64,000 bases of DNA from a virus (lineage: Duplodnaviria > Caudoviricetes): IMG/VR virus record IMGVR_UViG_3300047359_001782, positions 23,402 to 87,401 of that record. One strand, given 5' to 3'. The position numbers and the translations under genes are program-made. The notes beneath the pieces are model-generated. The model did no database searches and had not been told where the DNA came from. It saw only the letters and a list, made by a program, of their open reading frames with translations. This document shows, in pieces, positions 1 to 8,668 of the stretch (positions are counted from its first letter, which is position 1; every line of letters starts with the position of its first letter).

Positions 1-1323
1 ATCTGAGCTGTAAACACATGTATAATTTTGTTTTAGTCTAGAAAATAATTCATCTTCTTCTCCGCTCATTAAAATTTGACCTCGCCTTCCTAATGCGACA
101 TTAAACCCTCCAGATTTTTTGAGAATAGAGGTGCGAAAGCACATATTTGTTCCGACTATATATTCCTCAGATTCTTCCGTAAGAATGACATTTTTTGAAT
201 CGGAATTTTGTATTGATAAAAACTTAAGTAAATTATCGTTTAGCCAGTCAGGTCTTTCGCTGATCCACTTGGGGACAACTTTTCCACCACAAACCGCAAG
301 ATTCTGGAATTTTAAAAATTTAGATTTAAAATTCTCAAGTAAGTCAAAATTTGCTATCGCATCATCGTCTATGTAAAAAATTAAGTCAGTTGTGCATTTA
401 TCTATAGCTATATTACGAGACTCGGACAACCCAGATGTTGGGGTGTGAATATACTCGCAGTGATCATATAAATCGCAAAGAGACTTTAACTTTTTAAAAT
501 GCTCTAATCTCTCACCATCGATTTGATTTATGGGAAAATTATCTATAATAAAAATTTTATTTTTATCATCTGATATAGTTTGTTGTATTAATGATAAAAG
601 AGTTTCTCTGCAGGATTCATAATTGCCATAAGTACAGATGCAAGAGGTAATGCTTAAGTCTTTTTTCCAAAATTCAAAATTATCTTCTATTTTTTTATAA
701 TTTTTTGGGTGATATCTTATCAGATCTTTGTTGATGAAATTTATTCTATAATGGAAGCCTACTTTTTCAAGAGTACAATATTCTATAAATTTAAGATGCT
801 CACATTTAATTGAATTTTTAGTAAAATTATTTTCGTAAAAAATGTCCAAATTAAGTAATTTTGGGTCTTCATGAATTGATATGAGTTTTTTTGCACCTCG
901 ATTTGAAATGTAATAGCAAGCGGAGGATAAGAAATCTGTTGAAGTGAAATTTACAAAATCTAATTTTTCTGGAATATCTGGATTGGAAAGTAAAAGCGTT
1001 AAGAAGTCGGAAAAATTGACATTATCTTCAATAACAAAGCAAAAATCAAGCTCTTGCTCTGCGACTTTGCGCCATATATTTATGTGGGTTTGACATAATC
1101 CAATAAGTTGAGGATTTGTTGAAAAAGAAATAGATTGTTCTTTGCTTATTGGGGTAATATTCTGCAATGAATTATGAGTTAAATCAACTACATTAAGAGT
1201 GTCAATTAGTTCTACTTCTTCTAAAGAATTTTTAATCTCATCTGGTAGCAAATCAAATAAATTAAACGCATCTTTATACGAATTAGATTCTTCGTGACAA
1301 ATAAAAAATATTTTAAAATTCAT
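1..1323 (-). CDS. Fused glycosyltransferase (GT25-like N-terminal + GT2-like C-terminal), truncated by window edge
   Basis: Not in the ORF track; translated by hand from ATG at 1323. GLCQTHINIW..FVIEDN..ACYYISNRGAKKL is GT25-like; SCICTYGN..IIDN..GLSESRN..IFYIDDD..VGTNMCFR..GEEDEL is GT2-like. Frame stays open to base 1. Confidence 0.8.
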   Translation of the reverse strand, partial: MNFKIFFICHEESNSYKDAFNLFDLLPDEIKNSLEEVELIDTLNVVDLTHNSLQNITPISKEQSISFSTNPQLIGLCQTHINIWRKVAEQELDFCFVIEDNVNFSDFLTLLLSNPDIPEKLDFVNFTSTDFLSSACYYISNRGAKKLISIHEDPKLLNLDIFYENNFTKNSIKCEHLKFIEYCTLEKVGFHYRINFINKDLIRYHPKNYKKIEDNFEFWKKDLSITSCICTYGNYESCRETLLSLIQQTISDDKNKIFIIDNFPINQIDGERLEHFKKLKSLCDLYDHCEYIHTPTSGLSESRNIAIDKCTTDLIFYIDDDAIANFDLLENFKSKFLKFQNLAVCGGKVVPKWISERPDWLNDNLLKFLSIQNSDSKNVILTEESEEYIVGTNMCFRTSILKKSGGFNVALGRRGQILMSGEEDELFSRLKQNYTCVYSSD

Positions 1324-1550
1324 TGTTTTTGACTTACACTATTAAGCTTTCTTTTTTCTATCTCTTTAAGGTATTCTGGCCAAAAGAAGTAAAATGCTGC
1401 ATCATCTTTATTATATATTGCAGTTTTTAGCTCTTGCTCGTATAAATGATACCAATCTCTATTTTTATCTAAAAATAGTGTGTCTCTCGGCATAGGCTCT
1501 TTTTTATGAGAGCAGCCTATAGTAAAAAGAAAGCAAAACAAAAAACGCAT
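1320..1550 (-). CDS. Small putative lipoprotein
   Basis: MRFLFCFLFTIG-C resembles a lipobox signal; likely start 10 nt downstream of a GTGTA motif. Confidence 0.55.
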   Translation of the reverse strand: MRFLFCFLFTIGCSHKKEPMPRDTLFLDKNRDWYHLYEQELKTAIYNKDDAAFYFFWPEYLKEIEKRKLNSVSQKQ

Positions 1551-1586
1551 ATAATATATATACACTATAGATGTGTAACAACTTAT

Positions 1587-2495
1587 ATGATTGGAAGAAT
1601 AATTAAAAAAAATTTATACAAAAATAAAGTCTTAAATGTCCCCGAAACTCCTGTAGACGAAAGGGATTGGTTGTTTAGCGAAGATATGCTTGTCGGCAAT
1701 CAATCAGTCTCTAATAAAGAGTTTAGCAGAAAAAACTTAACCCCATCAGTTAAGAATCAAGGTAAGATAGGGTCTTGCGTTGGTCACAGCGGTAGGGTGG
1801 TTTATGGAGATACTCCAGAATTTAAAGCTAAAGAGCCAAGCGCTATGTGGATATATAAAAAAGGTAAGGAAAATGACCCGTTTCCCGGAGAAGATTACTC
1901 AGGAACAACAATAAAAGGCGCATGTAGGGGCTTGGTTATCGAGGGTTGCTGCGAAGAAGAATATTGGCCATACAGGGATAACGAAGACACTCAGATGATA
2001 GAGGGGGCACAGCAGAATGCTTCTAAGTATAAAATTGAGTCTTATCATGTTGTTTTGAAAAGTAATCATAATTTAATTAAAAAGGCTTTGCTTCAAGAAT
2101 CTTTATGGACATCTATTAATGTGCACGAAGCTTTATACTACACCCCATCAAATGGAATTGTTAACTCAGAAAAATACTTAAAATCTAAACCGATTGGAGG
2201 TCACGCTATAGCTATGACCGGCTGGGAAATAATTGACGGCGATTTATATTGGGAGTTTCAGAACAGTTGGGGTAAATGGTTTGGTAAAAGAGGTTTTTTT
2301 TACTTGGAAAGCTCTTTGTATGAAAAAATACTAATTAATGCTCTAGGCCCAATCTATTTAAAAACTAAATCTGATTCCTTACCCGTAGACCCGAATAAAA
2401 AAATAGAGCCTAAGAAAAATAAATCTATTTTTAGAATAATAGGAATGGCCGTCACTTCAATTCTAGCTTGGTTGTCTAAAAAAATATTTAAGTAG
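1587..2495 (+). CDS. Papain-family (C1) cysteine peptidase with hydrophobic/amphipathic C-terminus
   Basis: NQGKIGSCVGH (Gln, catalytic Cys), GGHAI (His), QNSWG..WG..G (Asn). Start moved to MIGR, 9 nt after GTGTA. Confidence 0.9.
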   Translation: MIGRIIKKNLYKNKVLNVPETPVDERDWLFSEDMLVGNQSVSNKEFSRKNLTPSVKNQGKIGSCVGHSGRVVYGDTPEFKAKEPSAMWIYKKGKENDPFPGEDYSGTTIKGACRGLVIEGCCEEEYWPYRDNEDTQMIEGAQQNASKYKIESYHVVLKSNHNLIKKALLQESLWTSINVHEALYYTPSNGIVNSEKYLKSKPIGGHAIAMTGWEIIDGDLYWEFQNSWGKWFGKRGFFYLESSLYEKILINALGPIYLKTKSDSLPVDPNKKIEPKKNKSIFRIIGMAVTSILAWLSKKIFK

Positions 2496-2538
2496 CAATC
2501 GTTTTTTTTAAAAAAAATTATTCTTAGGGTGTTTGGTA

Positions 2539-3198
2539 TTACAGTATCATCATTTTTTCGTGGCCAACAATAATAGTTGGATCAATGTATGTTTTGAAAC
2601 CTTTATCTGCTGCACGATGCATAAAAGCGCAATCAGTTGTAGTCATTTCTTTTACATCTCCGATTTCAAGCCAGGTTGGTTGCACCCAAGGATAGTCTAA
2701 AGATTCAAAAACTCCTTTTTTGACGAGAAGCCATCCAAATCCTGTATATGAAACTGGAAATATATTTTTGCGACCTTCGATATCTTTTGACGTTAAAAAT
2801 TGAAAGTGCCCATTTTTCTTAAAAAAGTCTAAATTCCAGTTTTCTACTGTAGCAAAATAAGTTCCGTCCTGCATAAGATATAAGCCTGATAAAATATCGA
2901 CTTTCGTGTCTTGAGCTCTTCTTAATAAATTAAAAAAATTATCTGGACGAAAAACTTGATCGCTGTCTATCCACATTATATAGTCATAGTCCAACTTTCC
3001 TTGAAATGGTTTTTGATTTTTACCTCCCAAGCTATCCCCACCTAAACACGAATTGCAGACAAAGTATCTATTTACGCTATACTTTTGAGAGAGGCCCCAT
3101 TGTATGCCGTGATTTGGGAGCTCTGTGATTAAATCTGTCCAACTAACTAAAAAGTTATTAGTGAATTCTCTTCCGGGTAGACAAAAAATTATTTTCAT
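2539..3198 (-). CDS. GT-A fold glycosyltransferase-like protein
   Basis: YDYIMWIDSD (DxD), YTGFGWLLVKKGVFE and IDPTIIVGHEK, a pattern typical of marine phage GT2-like proteins. Confidence 0.75.
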   Translation of the reverse strand: MKIIFCLPGREFTNNFLVSWTDLITELPNHGIQWGLSQKYSVNRYFVCNSCLGGDSLGGKNQKPFQGKLDYDYIMWIDSDQVFRPDNFFNLLRRAQDTKVDILSGLYLMQDGTYFATVENWNLDFFKKNGHFQFLTSKDIEGRKNIFPVSYTGFGWLLVKKGVFESLDYPWVQPTWLEIGDVKEMTTTDCAFMHRAADKGFKTYIDPTIIVGHEKMMIL

Positions 3199-3368
3199 AG
3201 GTTTTTAATTTCTTTAAAATACTTTTCTACATCTTGTATCTCAAGTAGAATTTTTTTATGATTGTTTTTTCTGGGTTTATTGACTGCCTGTAATAATTCG
3301 ACAGAAAGCTCAGCCAGCTCCTCTGCGCATTTTAAAAAAAAGAATTTATCTTGATCTGATAATTTCAA
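3195..3368 (-). CDS. Small MazG-like (all-alpha NTP pyrophosphohydrolase) protein, 57 aa
   Basis: Hand translation from TTG: KCAEELAELSVELLQAVNK..LLEIQDV matches the EExxEL..EIxDV pattern; stop overlaps the next ATG. Confidence 0.45.
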   Translation of the reverse strand: MKLSDQDKFFFLKCAEELAELSVELLQAVNKPRKNNHKKILLEIQDVEKYFKEIKNL

Positions 3369-3538
3369 ACTATTTCTTGAAATAAGGTTTCTACTGCTTT
3401 TAACTGCGTTCTTGCTTTTTGTGTGAACTCAATTAAATCTAGAACTTTTCTAAAGGTTTGTTTTTTTGACTTATCTTTTTCGTGATACCATAGCGTATAT
3501 ACCTCAAAATAAAGTTTATCTCTCTCTTCTTTATTCAC
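3365..3538 (-). CDS. Hypothetical protein, 57 aa
   Basis: Hand translation from GTG (MNKEERDKLYFEVY..LFQEIV); overlaps both neighbours in operon fashion. Confidence 0.55.
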   Translation of the reverse strand: MNKEERDKLYFEVYTLWYHEKDKSKKQTFRKVLDLIEFTQKARTQLKAVETLFQEIV

Positions 3539-3737
3539 CTCTTAAGTTTATTCCATGGCATTCGCAGTAAGCTACTGAGTATCCTACATTAAAATTAAAT
3601 TTCTCTATAAAACAAATCAAGCCCAAAATGATATAAGGTTCAAACTTTAAATAACCGAAATTATAAAAAAGCAAAAACCCTATGATCAATAATGGACAAA
3701 ACTTGTTAAGAGAATAGTCTACCATTGCCCCTCTCAC
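3531..3737 (-). CDS. Small membrane protein
   Basis: Two hydrophobic segments; fits the operon. Confidence 0.55.
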   Translation of the reverse strand: MRGAMVDYSLNKFCPLLIIGFLLFYNFGYLKFEPYIILGLICFIEKFNFNVGYSVAYCECHGINLRGE

Positions 3738-3982
3738 GATGCGCGAGCAAGGGAAACGATTCTATCATGACGAAATGAACGAACTTCTTGACGACCAAAG
3801 CAGTAAGCTTTGAATCCAATATTGTTTCTCTCTTCTTCTTTGTTTCCAAAGGACTCTGTTAATTGAGGGCGGCCAATTTCATAAGTCTTGACCTCATCTT
3901 CTGCATTTTTATATACTACGAAATAACGTTGATCTTGATTTTTCATAACTTTGTTTTTTAACTTTGATTTAATATTGAACAT
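3734..3982 (-). CDS. Standalone WYL-domain protein
   Basis: C-terminal KAYCFGRQEVRSFRHDRI matches the WYL signature (AyC..R...RxFRxDRI). Confidence 0.7.
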   Translation of the reverse strand: MFNIKSKLKNKVMKNQDQRYFVVYKNAEDEVKTYEIGRPQLTESFGNKEEERNNIGFKAYCFGRQEVRSFRHDRIVSLARAS

Positions 3983-3988
3983 GCTAGT

Positions 3989-4017
3989 ATTATCTCATAT
4001 ATTCGGTTTTATGTCAA
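3989..4017 (-). promoter_or_regulatory. Sigma70-type promoter, leaderless
   Basis: TTGACA-17 nt-GATAAT, ATG 6 nt downstream. Confidence 0.8.
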
Positions 4018-4026
4018 GGCTTAATT

Positions 4027-4467
4027 TTAAGTTCCTGTACTTCCGAATCCACCTTCTCCACGATCAGTATCTGAAAGCTCTTTCGCTTCCTCGACTTCCA
4101 CCCAAGGAAGTTTAATGATAACCAATTGACCGACTTTATCTCCTATGAGATATTCTTTTTCCCCCAAAGCCGGAATGCTCATTCTTAGTTTAATTTCTCC
4201 TCTATAACCTGAATCAATGACGCCTACAGAATTTCTTAAAAAATGATCTGTGTTTGATATGCTTGATCTAGGAAAAAGCAATCCTACATACCCTCTAGGT
4301 ATCTCTACGGCTAAATCTGTACCGTATTCAGAAAACTTTCCTGTACGAACTAGCGTTGTAGCGACTAAGTCCATTCCCGCATCTCCATCTTTTGAATAAA
4401 AAGGAATTTCTGCGCGTTTGTTTAATTTTTTAAACTTTACTTTTACTTTATTCTCACTTCTTTCCAT
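4027..4467 (-). CDS. dut: Trimeric dUTPase
   Basis: AGMDL, PRSS, GVIDSGYRGEI, GQL and RGEGGFGSTG motifs. Confidence 0.97.
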   Translation of the reverse strand: MERSENKVKVKFKKLNKRAEIPFYSKDGDAGMDLVATTLVRTGKFSEYGTDLAVEIPRGYVGLLFPRSSISNTDHFLRNSVGVIDSGYRGEIKLRMSIPALGEKEYLIGDKVGQLVIIKLPWVEVEEAKELSDTDRGEGGFGSTGT

Positions 4468-5006
4468 GATATTGCTTTTTGTTTTACTAATTGTTTGATT
4501 TGTCTTTGTCTTTGGTTTAATTGTGCGTTGCCACTTTTCACTTCTATAAAAGTTATCACATCATCTCCAAATGATATATAGTCAATAGGCTTTCCTAAAA
4601 AAGAACACCTCTCAGGATCAAATTCGAACTGATCCAAGAAAGGCGCTAGAGTCTCTGCTATATGACCAAGCCTAACTTCTCCGCTCTTTTTCTGCGAAAG
4701 CACTTTCTTGCGAGCTTCAGTCTCGTTGTCAAGCTTTTCCTGAAGCTCTTTTATCTGTTGTGACTGAAGGCTGTTCCTCTTCTCGAAATCCTCTCTATCT
4801 TTTGGAATAGATGACTGTAATTCATTAATAATTTTTGTTAAACTATCTTCTCTATCTTTTGATTCTGTGTTGAATTCATTTAATTTTAATTTTAAAAATT
4901 CATTTTCATTTCTTAGATCATCTAGTTCAGAAGAGTCTTCTGGTCGATTGTTATATACAATATAACAAAGTACGAGTATAATAATAATTGAAATACCTTC
5001 TATCAT
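4443..5006 (-). CDS. Membrane-anchored coiled-coil Holliday-junction-resolvase-like endonuclease
   Basis: N-terminal TM segment, coiled coil, then GHIAETLAPF..FLGKPIDYISF..FIEVKSG (PD-(D/E)XK, Endonuc_Holl-like). Confidence 0.8.
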   Translation of the reverse strand: MIEGISIIIILVLCYIVYNNRPEDSSELDDLRNENEFLKLKLNEFNTESKDREDSLTKIINELQSSIPKDREDFEKRNSLQSQQIKELQEKLDNETEARKKVLSQKKSGEVRLGHIAETLAPFLDQFEFDPERCSFLGKPIDYISFGDDVITFIEVKSGNAQLNQRQRQIKQLVKQKAISWKEVRIK

Positions 5007-5019
5007 TTTAGATGATAAT

Positions 5020-5448
5020 TTAAATTTGTAGCTGTTCTACTTTTATTCCCGCTTTTTTTAGAAGATTTATGCCTGCATTACTGCGATAAAAATCTGAATA
5101 TACAACTCTAATGATGTCTGATTGAATAATAAGCTTGGCGCATTCAATGCAAGGTGAAGTTGTAACATACATTGTTGCTCCAGAACTAGATTGTGTAGAC
5201 TTTGCTAATTTGGTAATTGCATTACTTTCTGCATGCAAAACTTCCTTGCGAGTTACAAGTTGATTAAAATAGTCTATATCTTCACATTGGTTATTGAAAC
5301 CTTTTGGTGTGCCATTATATCCATCGGATATAATTGATCCGTCTTTAACAATTAAACATCCAACTTGGAGCCTCTTAGCTTTAGATAAAGAACTCCACTG
5401 TCTCGCCATTTTTATGTAAGTTTTATCTAGTTCAAGTTGATTTGCCAT
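5020..5448 (-). CDS. dCMP deaminase
   Basis: VGCLIV, GYNG, HAESNAI and SPCIECAK zinc motifs. Confidence 0.93.
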   Translation of the reverse strand: MANQLELDKTYIKMARQWSSLSKAKRLQVGCLIVKDGSIISDGYNGTPKGFNNQCEDIDYFNQLVTRKEVLHAESNAITKLAKSTQSSSGATMYVTTSPCIECAKLIIQSDIIRVVYSDFYRSNAGINLLKKAGIKVEQLQI

Positions 5449-5938
5449 CGGGCTTTTTCCATATCTGGAATGACTTCAAATCTTTTATATCATCAACTTT
5501 AATCTGAGTTATCTCATCTTTTTCTCCAGCTCTTTTGTATATTCTGTACTTCGCTTTTTTAGCTAATGTTACAAATGGTAAATCGTATCTAATTTTATTA
5601 GAAGAGCTTATCCAAGACGAGAGTTCTTTGCGGTTAACAAAAATAAAATCTTCTTTGCGCTCAAAAACGATAAAGTGTGCATCTCCATGAATCCATCCGT
5701 TCCTACCACTAGCATTTTTGAATTCAATCCAAAGCCAATTTTGGTCTTGTTTTTTATTTTTAATTTTTTTGACATCAACTTTAATTTTAATGGGTTTTCC
5801 TTCTGACCCTTTTCCTGTCAAGATGTGAGATACATTTTTGCAATTTTTGTCAGAACTATTTCTTTTTCTAGGGGTATAACCCCGATTGAAAGCTAGTTCT
5901 TCAAATAAATTTTTAAACTTTGGCTTATCCTCTAGCAC
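5432..5938 (-). CDS. PD-(D/E)XK-like nuclease-fold protein
   Basis: KVDVKK..WLWIEFKNASGRNGWIHGDAHFIVFE resembles a common phage nuclease-like family; the first catalytic Asp is not evident. Confidence 0.5.
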   Translation of the reverse strand: MLEDKPKFKNLFEELAFNRGYTPRKRNSSDKNCKNVSHILTGKGSEGKPIKIKVDVKKIKNKKQDQNWLWIEFKNASGRNGWIHGDAHFIVFERKEDFIFVNRKELSSWISSSNKIRYDLPFVTLAKKAKYRIYKRAGEKDEITQIKVDDIKDLKSFQIWKKPDGKST

Positions 5939-6132
5939 TATCTGATTTTTTGGGGTTTATCTGTATGTACCACTTTGACTTTTTTTAGATCGGGGTCTCT
6001 CCATGTTTTTAACACATTAACTAATTTTTGAGCTCTAGCCTCCGCATCTTCTTTTGAAGAGTAATTTCTTTCTTCAATTCTTCTTGAATTTCTAGTTACT
6101 ACATATACTTTACTTTTTGTTTCTGTTGTCAT
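5938..6132 (-). CDS. Hypothetical protein
   Basis: 64-aa ORF translationally coupled in the operon. Confidence 0.6.
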   Translation of the reverse strand: MTTETKSKVYVVTRNSRRIEERNYSSKEDAEARAQKLVNVLKTWRDPDLKKVKVVHTDKPQKIR

Positions 6133-6135
6133 ATA

Positions 6136-7068
6136 TTATATTGATTTAATTAAATTTTTGCCTGAATTAGTTATCTTTCTTTCTCCATCAATTTGCATAA
6201 AGTTTTTGCGCAGAAGATATATTTCATGGTCTCTTCTTAGAGATGTTGGGCTTAAGCCCGTAATTGCGGATAAGGTTTGCAACTTGCAACTACCTCTTTC
6301 TTCAAGAATTTGTAGAATTTGTTTTTCTGTACAAGTAATTCCATGAGGGAGTATGCCAAGTAAATCTGTAAGGGCTTCATAATCTTTTGATTCAAAAGTG
6401 TTTTGATTTTCGCTCTCACAGTAAAGCACAATTTCTTTTGAACGCATAACTGCATTGCGAGCATTTCCTCTAACGGTTAACGCAAGCTTATCCATTGCTT
6501 CTTCAGAAAAATTGATTTCATCACAATTTAATTTAATAATTTCTCCTAAGTCATTAGCATTGTAGGCTTCAAAGTCAACTGTTGTTAACCTGTCTTTTAA
6601 GGGTGGAAATAATTTATCACTTTCGGTTGTTGCAAAAATAAATGTTTGCTTTGTGAAGTCAAATTCAAAAGTCTGATCTTCAAAAGTAAATTCTTTTTTG
6701 TTTGTCTTTTCTGTGTTAAAGATAGTCAAGAAAGCCATTGTCAAGTCTTTAGGTAACGCATGCGCTTCATCAAATAAAATAGTGATCTCATTATTCATGA
6801 TGATTGGAATAAAGATTTGTTCGAAAAATTGAGTATTGCTTTTAATTGTTGAACAATTTAACTCTAAAAAAGGTCTCTTACCTCCATCTTTATTGTTTAA
6901 GTTTTTGGCGAATTCTTTTGCGAAAAGAGTTTTACCTAATCCTTTAGCTCCTACTAAATTCAGAAAAGGGCATACGCTTGTTGCGTGATAAGCTTTGAGA
7001 TAAAAGTTAAGTTTTTTCTTAACATTTTCTTGACCTATTAAATGAGAAAAATAATTATTCATTATCAA
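6136..7068 (-). CDS. ruvB: RuvB-like AAA+ ATPase (Holliday junction branch migration)
   Basis: LIGQENVKKKL, Walker A GAKGLGKT, Walker B FDEAH, ATT..PLKDR, RGNARNA and a C-terminal winged helix (HEIYLL..GERKIT). Confidence 0.85.
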   Translation of the reverse strand: MIMNNYFSHLIGQENVKKKLNFYLKAYHATSVCPFLNLVGAKGLGKTLFAKEFAKNLNNKDGGKRPFLELNCSTIKSNTQFFEQIFIPIIMNNEITILFDEAHALPKDLTMAFLTIFNTEKTNKKEFTFEDQTFEFDFTKQTFIFATTESDKLFPPLKDRLTTVDFEAYNANDLGEIIKLNCDEINFSEEAMDKLALTVRGNARNAVMRSKEIVLYCESENQNTFESKDYEALTDLLGILPHGITCTEKQILQILEERGSCKLQTLSAITGLSPTSLRRDHEIYLLRKNFMQIDGERKITNSGKNLIKSI

Positions 7069-7327
7069 AAGATGTTATTGCGTATTCAATTTTATCCTCT
7101 ACCCCTTGAAGATCTGAGAAATCGTGAGAGACTTTTTTGTTTGCGAGATAATTTGCATAAAGCCTTCCTTTCACCCAATCTTCACTAACGGGAATAGAGG
7201 AAACTTCTTGTGATGCGAGATCTAAGATCTCGTCAACAGACAAGGAAACAATAGCTAGACCGCTTTTTTTGCCTGAATTACGGCGTTTACGCGGAGTACC
7301 ATCTTTGTTTAATGAGATTTTTTTCAT
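7055..7327 (-). CDS. Hypothetical protein, basic N-terminus and acidic C-terminus
   Basis: ORF directly downstream of a sigma70 promoter. Confidence 0.65.
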   Translation of the reverse strand: MKKISLNKDGTPRKRRNSGKKSGLAIVSLSVDEILDLASQEVSSIPVSEDWVKGRLYANYLANKKVSHDFSDLQGVEDKIEYAITSFDNE

Positions 7328-7335
7328 ATACGAGT

Positions 7336-7364
7336 ATTATCTCATATATATAGTTGTAAGTCAA
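7336..7364 (-). promoter_or_regulatory. Sigma70-type promoter, near-leaderless
   Basis: TTGACT-17 nt-GATAAT, ATG 8 nt downstream; shares TATATGAGATAATACT with the promoter at 3989. Confidence 0.8.
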
Positions 7365-7372
7365 GCGTTAAT

Positions 7373-7528
7373 TTACTTAATTTTCTTAGCAAGGAGACTT
7401 AATTGACTCTTTAATTCTTCAATTGCAGAATCTTGCGTTTCAACTAACTGCTTTAAATCGTGGATTTCATTTAAAGCTAAAATGAGCGCATCATCAGGCT
7501 CAAACATAATTTCATCTTCTTCTTCCAT
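7373..7528 (-). CDS. Small coiled-coil protein, 51 aa
   Basis: Hand translation MEEEDEIMFEPDDALILALNEIHDLKQLVES..; GTGTA motif 10 nt upstream. Confidence 0.6.
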   Translation of the reverse strand: MEEEDEIMFEPDDALILALNEIHDLKQLVETQDSAIEELKSQLSLLAKKIK

Positions 7529-7555
7529 AAGGTATTAATACACAAAAATTTAAAT

Positions 7556-7922
7556 TGGTGGACGTGGCGGGAGTCGAACCCGCGTCTTTAAACCTTCAAT
7601 GATGTACATCTACAAGTTTAGTTAATTTTTTTTAAAGTTATGATATTAACATCCAACTACCTGTTTCAATTATTTGCAGTTTGTGATACAGGAAAACTTT
7701 TATCTGTTTTGCAGATTGATGACCTCGTAATCTTTCTATCTGCGTCAAAAGCTACGAGGTGGCATGCGTTACGCTGCCAAAGCAAAAGCCTCGCTTTTTG
7801 GAGCGAAGCTTTTGACACGACTAAGATTTTTGCCATGTAATTTTTTGTGCCTTTTTTAGGAGCCAGACACACTCCTACTTGCAGTACATAAATTCAATTT
7901 AAATCGAATCCGGTACACGCCC
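7556..7922 (-). ncRNA. ssrA: tmRNA (one-piece, 367 nt)
   Basis: 5' GGGCGTG pairs with 3' CACGTCC-ACCA (G3:U wobble, encoded CCA); GGATTCGA near the 5' end; T-arm GCGGGTTCGACTCCCGC; tag frame 7834-7769 reads GKNLSRVKSFAPKSEAFALAA*. Confidence 0.96.
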
Positions 7923-7937
7923 ATTAACTGTTAAAGA

Positions 7938-8123
7938 TCAATTGTTTTTGTTTTTACCTAAATCTGCTAATCCTTGACCTAAAATATATGCCACTACGGG
8001 GCTTACAATTTGCATCACAATCTCTTGCGTTAGGCCTAGATTAAAAAAATGGTTTACGATAGGTACACCCGCAGCAACAACTGCTGCCCAGAATTTTTTG
8101 CTATGCCAAAATTGTTTTTCCAT
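7938..8123 (-). CDS. Holin-like two-TM protein
   Basis: SKKFWAAVV..AYILGQGLAD pattern of small phage holins; two hydrophobic helices. Confidence 0.55.
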   Translation of the reverse strand: MEKQFWHSKKFWAAVVAAGVPIVNHFFNLGLTQEIVMQIVSPVVAYILGQGLADLGKNKNN

Positions 8124-8125
8124 AA

Positions 8126-8449
8126 TTAAAATAATTCTTCAGGGATATCTTCATTGCTTTTAGAAGATTTAACTTCTTCTGCAGCTTGCTTTGCTACTTG
8201 CTCAACGCTAGCTTTATCCTGAGATGCTTCTTCAGATCTATAAATTACATAGTCCGGTGCTCTTTCGTTTTTATCTCGCCCTTTATTGGTGAAAACAACC
8301 ACTTTCACAGGCTCTGTAACTCCTGGCATTGTTTCGACATTAATTGTTCCTGAAAGATATTTTTGATTCTTTCCGTTGCGTACCCAAAGAGCTCCTAGCT
8401 CACGATTACGCCACTCTGACTGTTGCTTATCTTGTGTTTGATTTTCCAT
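8126..8449 (-). CDS. DUF736-like protein with acidic tail
   Basis: ELGALW..YLSG.I..N..APDY motif; ends DIPEELF. Confidence 0.6.
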   Translation of the reverse strand: MENQTQDKQQSEWRNRELGALWVRNGKNQKYLSGTINVETMPGVTEPVKVVVFTNKGRDKNERAPDYVIYRSEEASQDKASVEQVAKQAAEEVKSSKSNEDIPEELF

Positions 8450-8451
8450 AA

Positions 8452-8625
8452 TTAATTTTGTTTATATAAATTTTTAAGTTCTTGTAAAAATAAAGGTTTT
8501 GCTCCTTCACTAAGTTTTGTATATTGTTTTTTTGCACGAGAATATACTCGCTTTTGTGTTGCATCAGAAAGTTTCGGATCATAGTTGATGATTTTTCTTA
8601 TTTCTTTTGCTATTGATTTGTTCAT
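8452..8625 (-). CDS. Small basic protein
   Basis: Start MNKSIAK lies 7 nt below a perfect -10 box. Confidence 0.65.
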   Translation of the reverse strand: MNKSIAKEIRKIINYDPKLSDATQKRVYSRAKKQYTKLSEGAKPLFLQELKNLYKQN

Positions 8626-8632
8626 GGTACTG

Positions 8633-8661
8633 ATTATATTATAAATAAATGTAAATGTCAA
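8633..8661 (-). promoter_or_regulatory. Consensus sigma70 promoter, leaderless
   Basis: TTGACA-17 nt-TATAAT, ATG 7 nt downstream. Confidence 0.88.
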
Positions 8662-8668
8662 GAGTTAT

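Noticed and set aside
7556-7590. Apparent tRNA 3' half
   Set aside because: No anticodon arm within tRNA distance; its pairing 5' strand is about 360 nt away, as expected for tmRNA.
7640-7872. ORFs 7640-7840(+) and 7666-7872(-)
   Set aside because: Both lie inside the tmRNA; the meaningful frame is the tag peptide.
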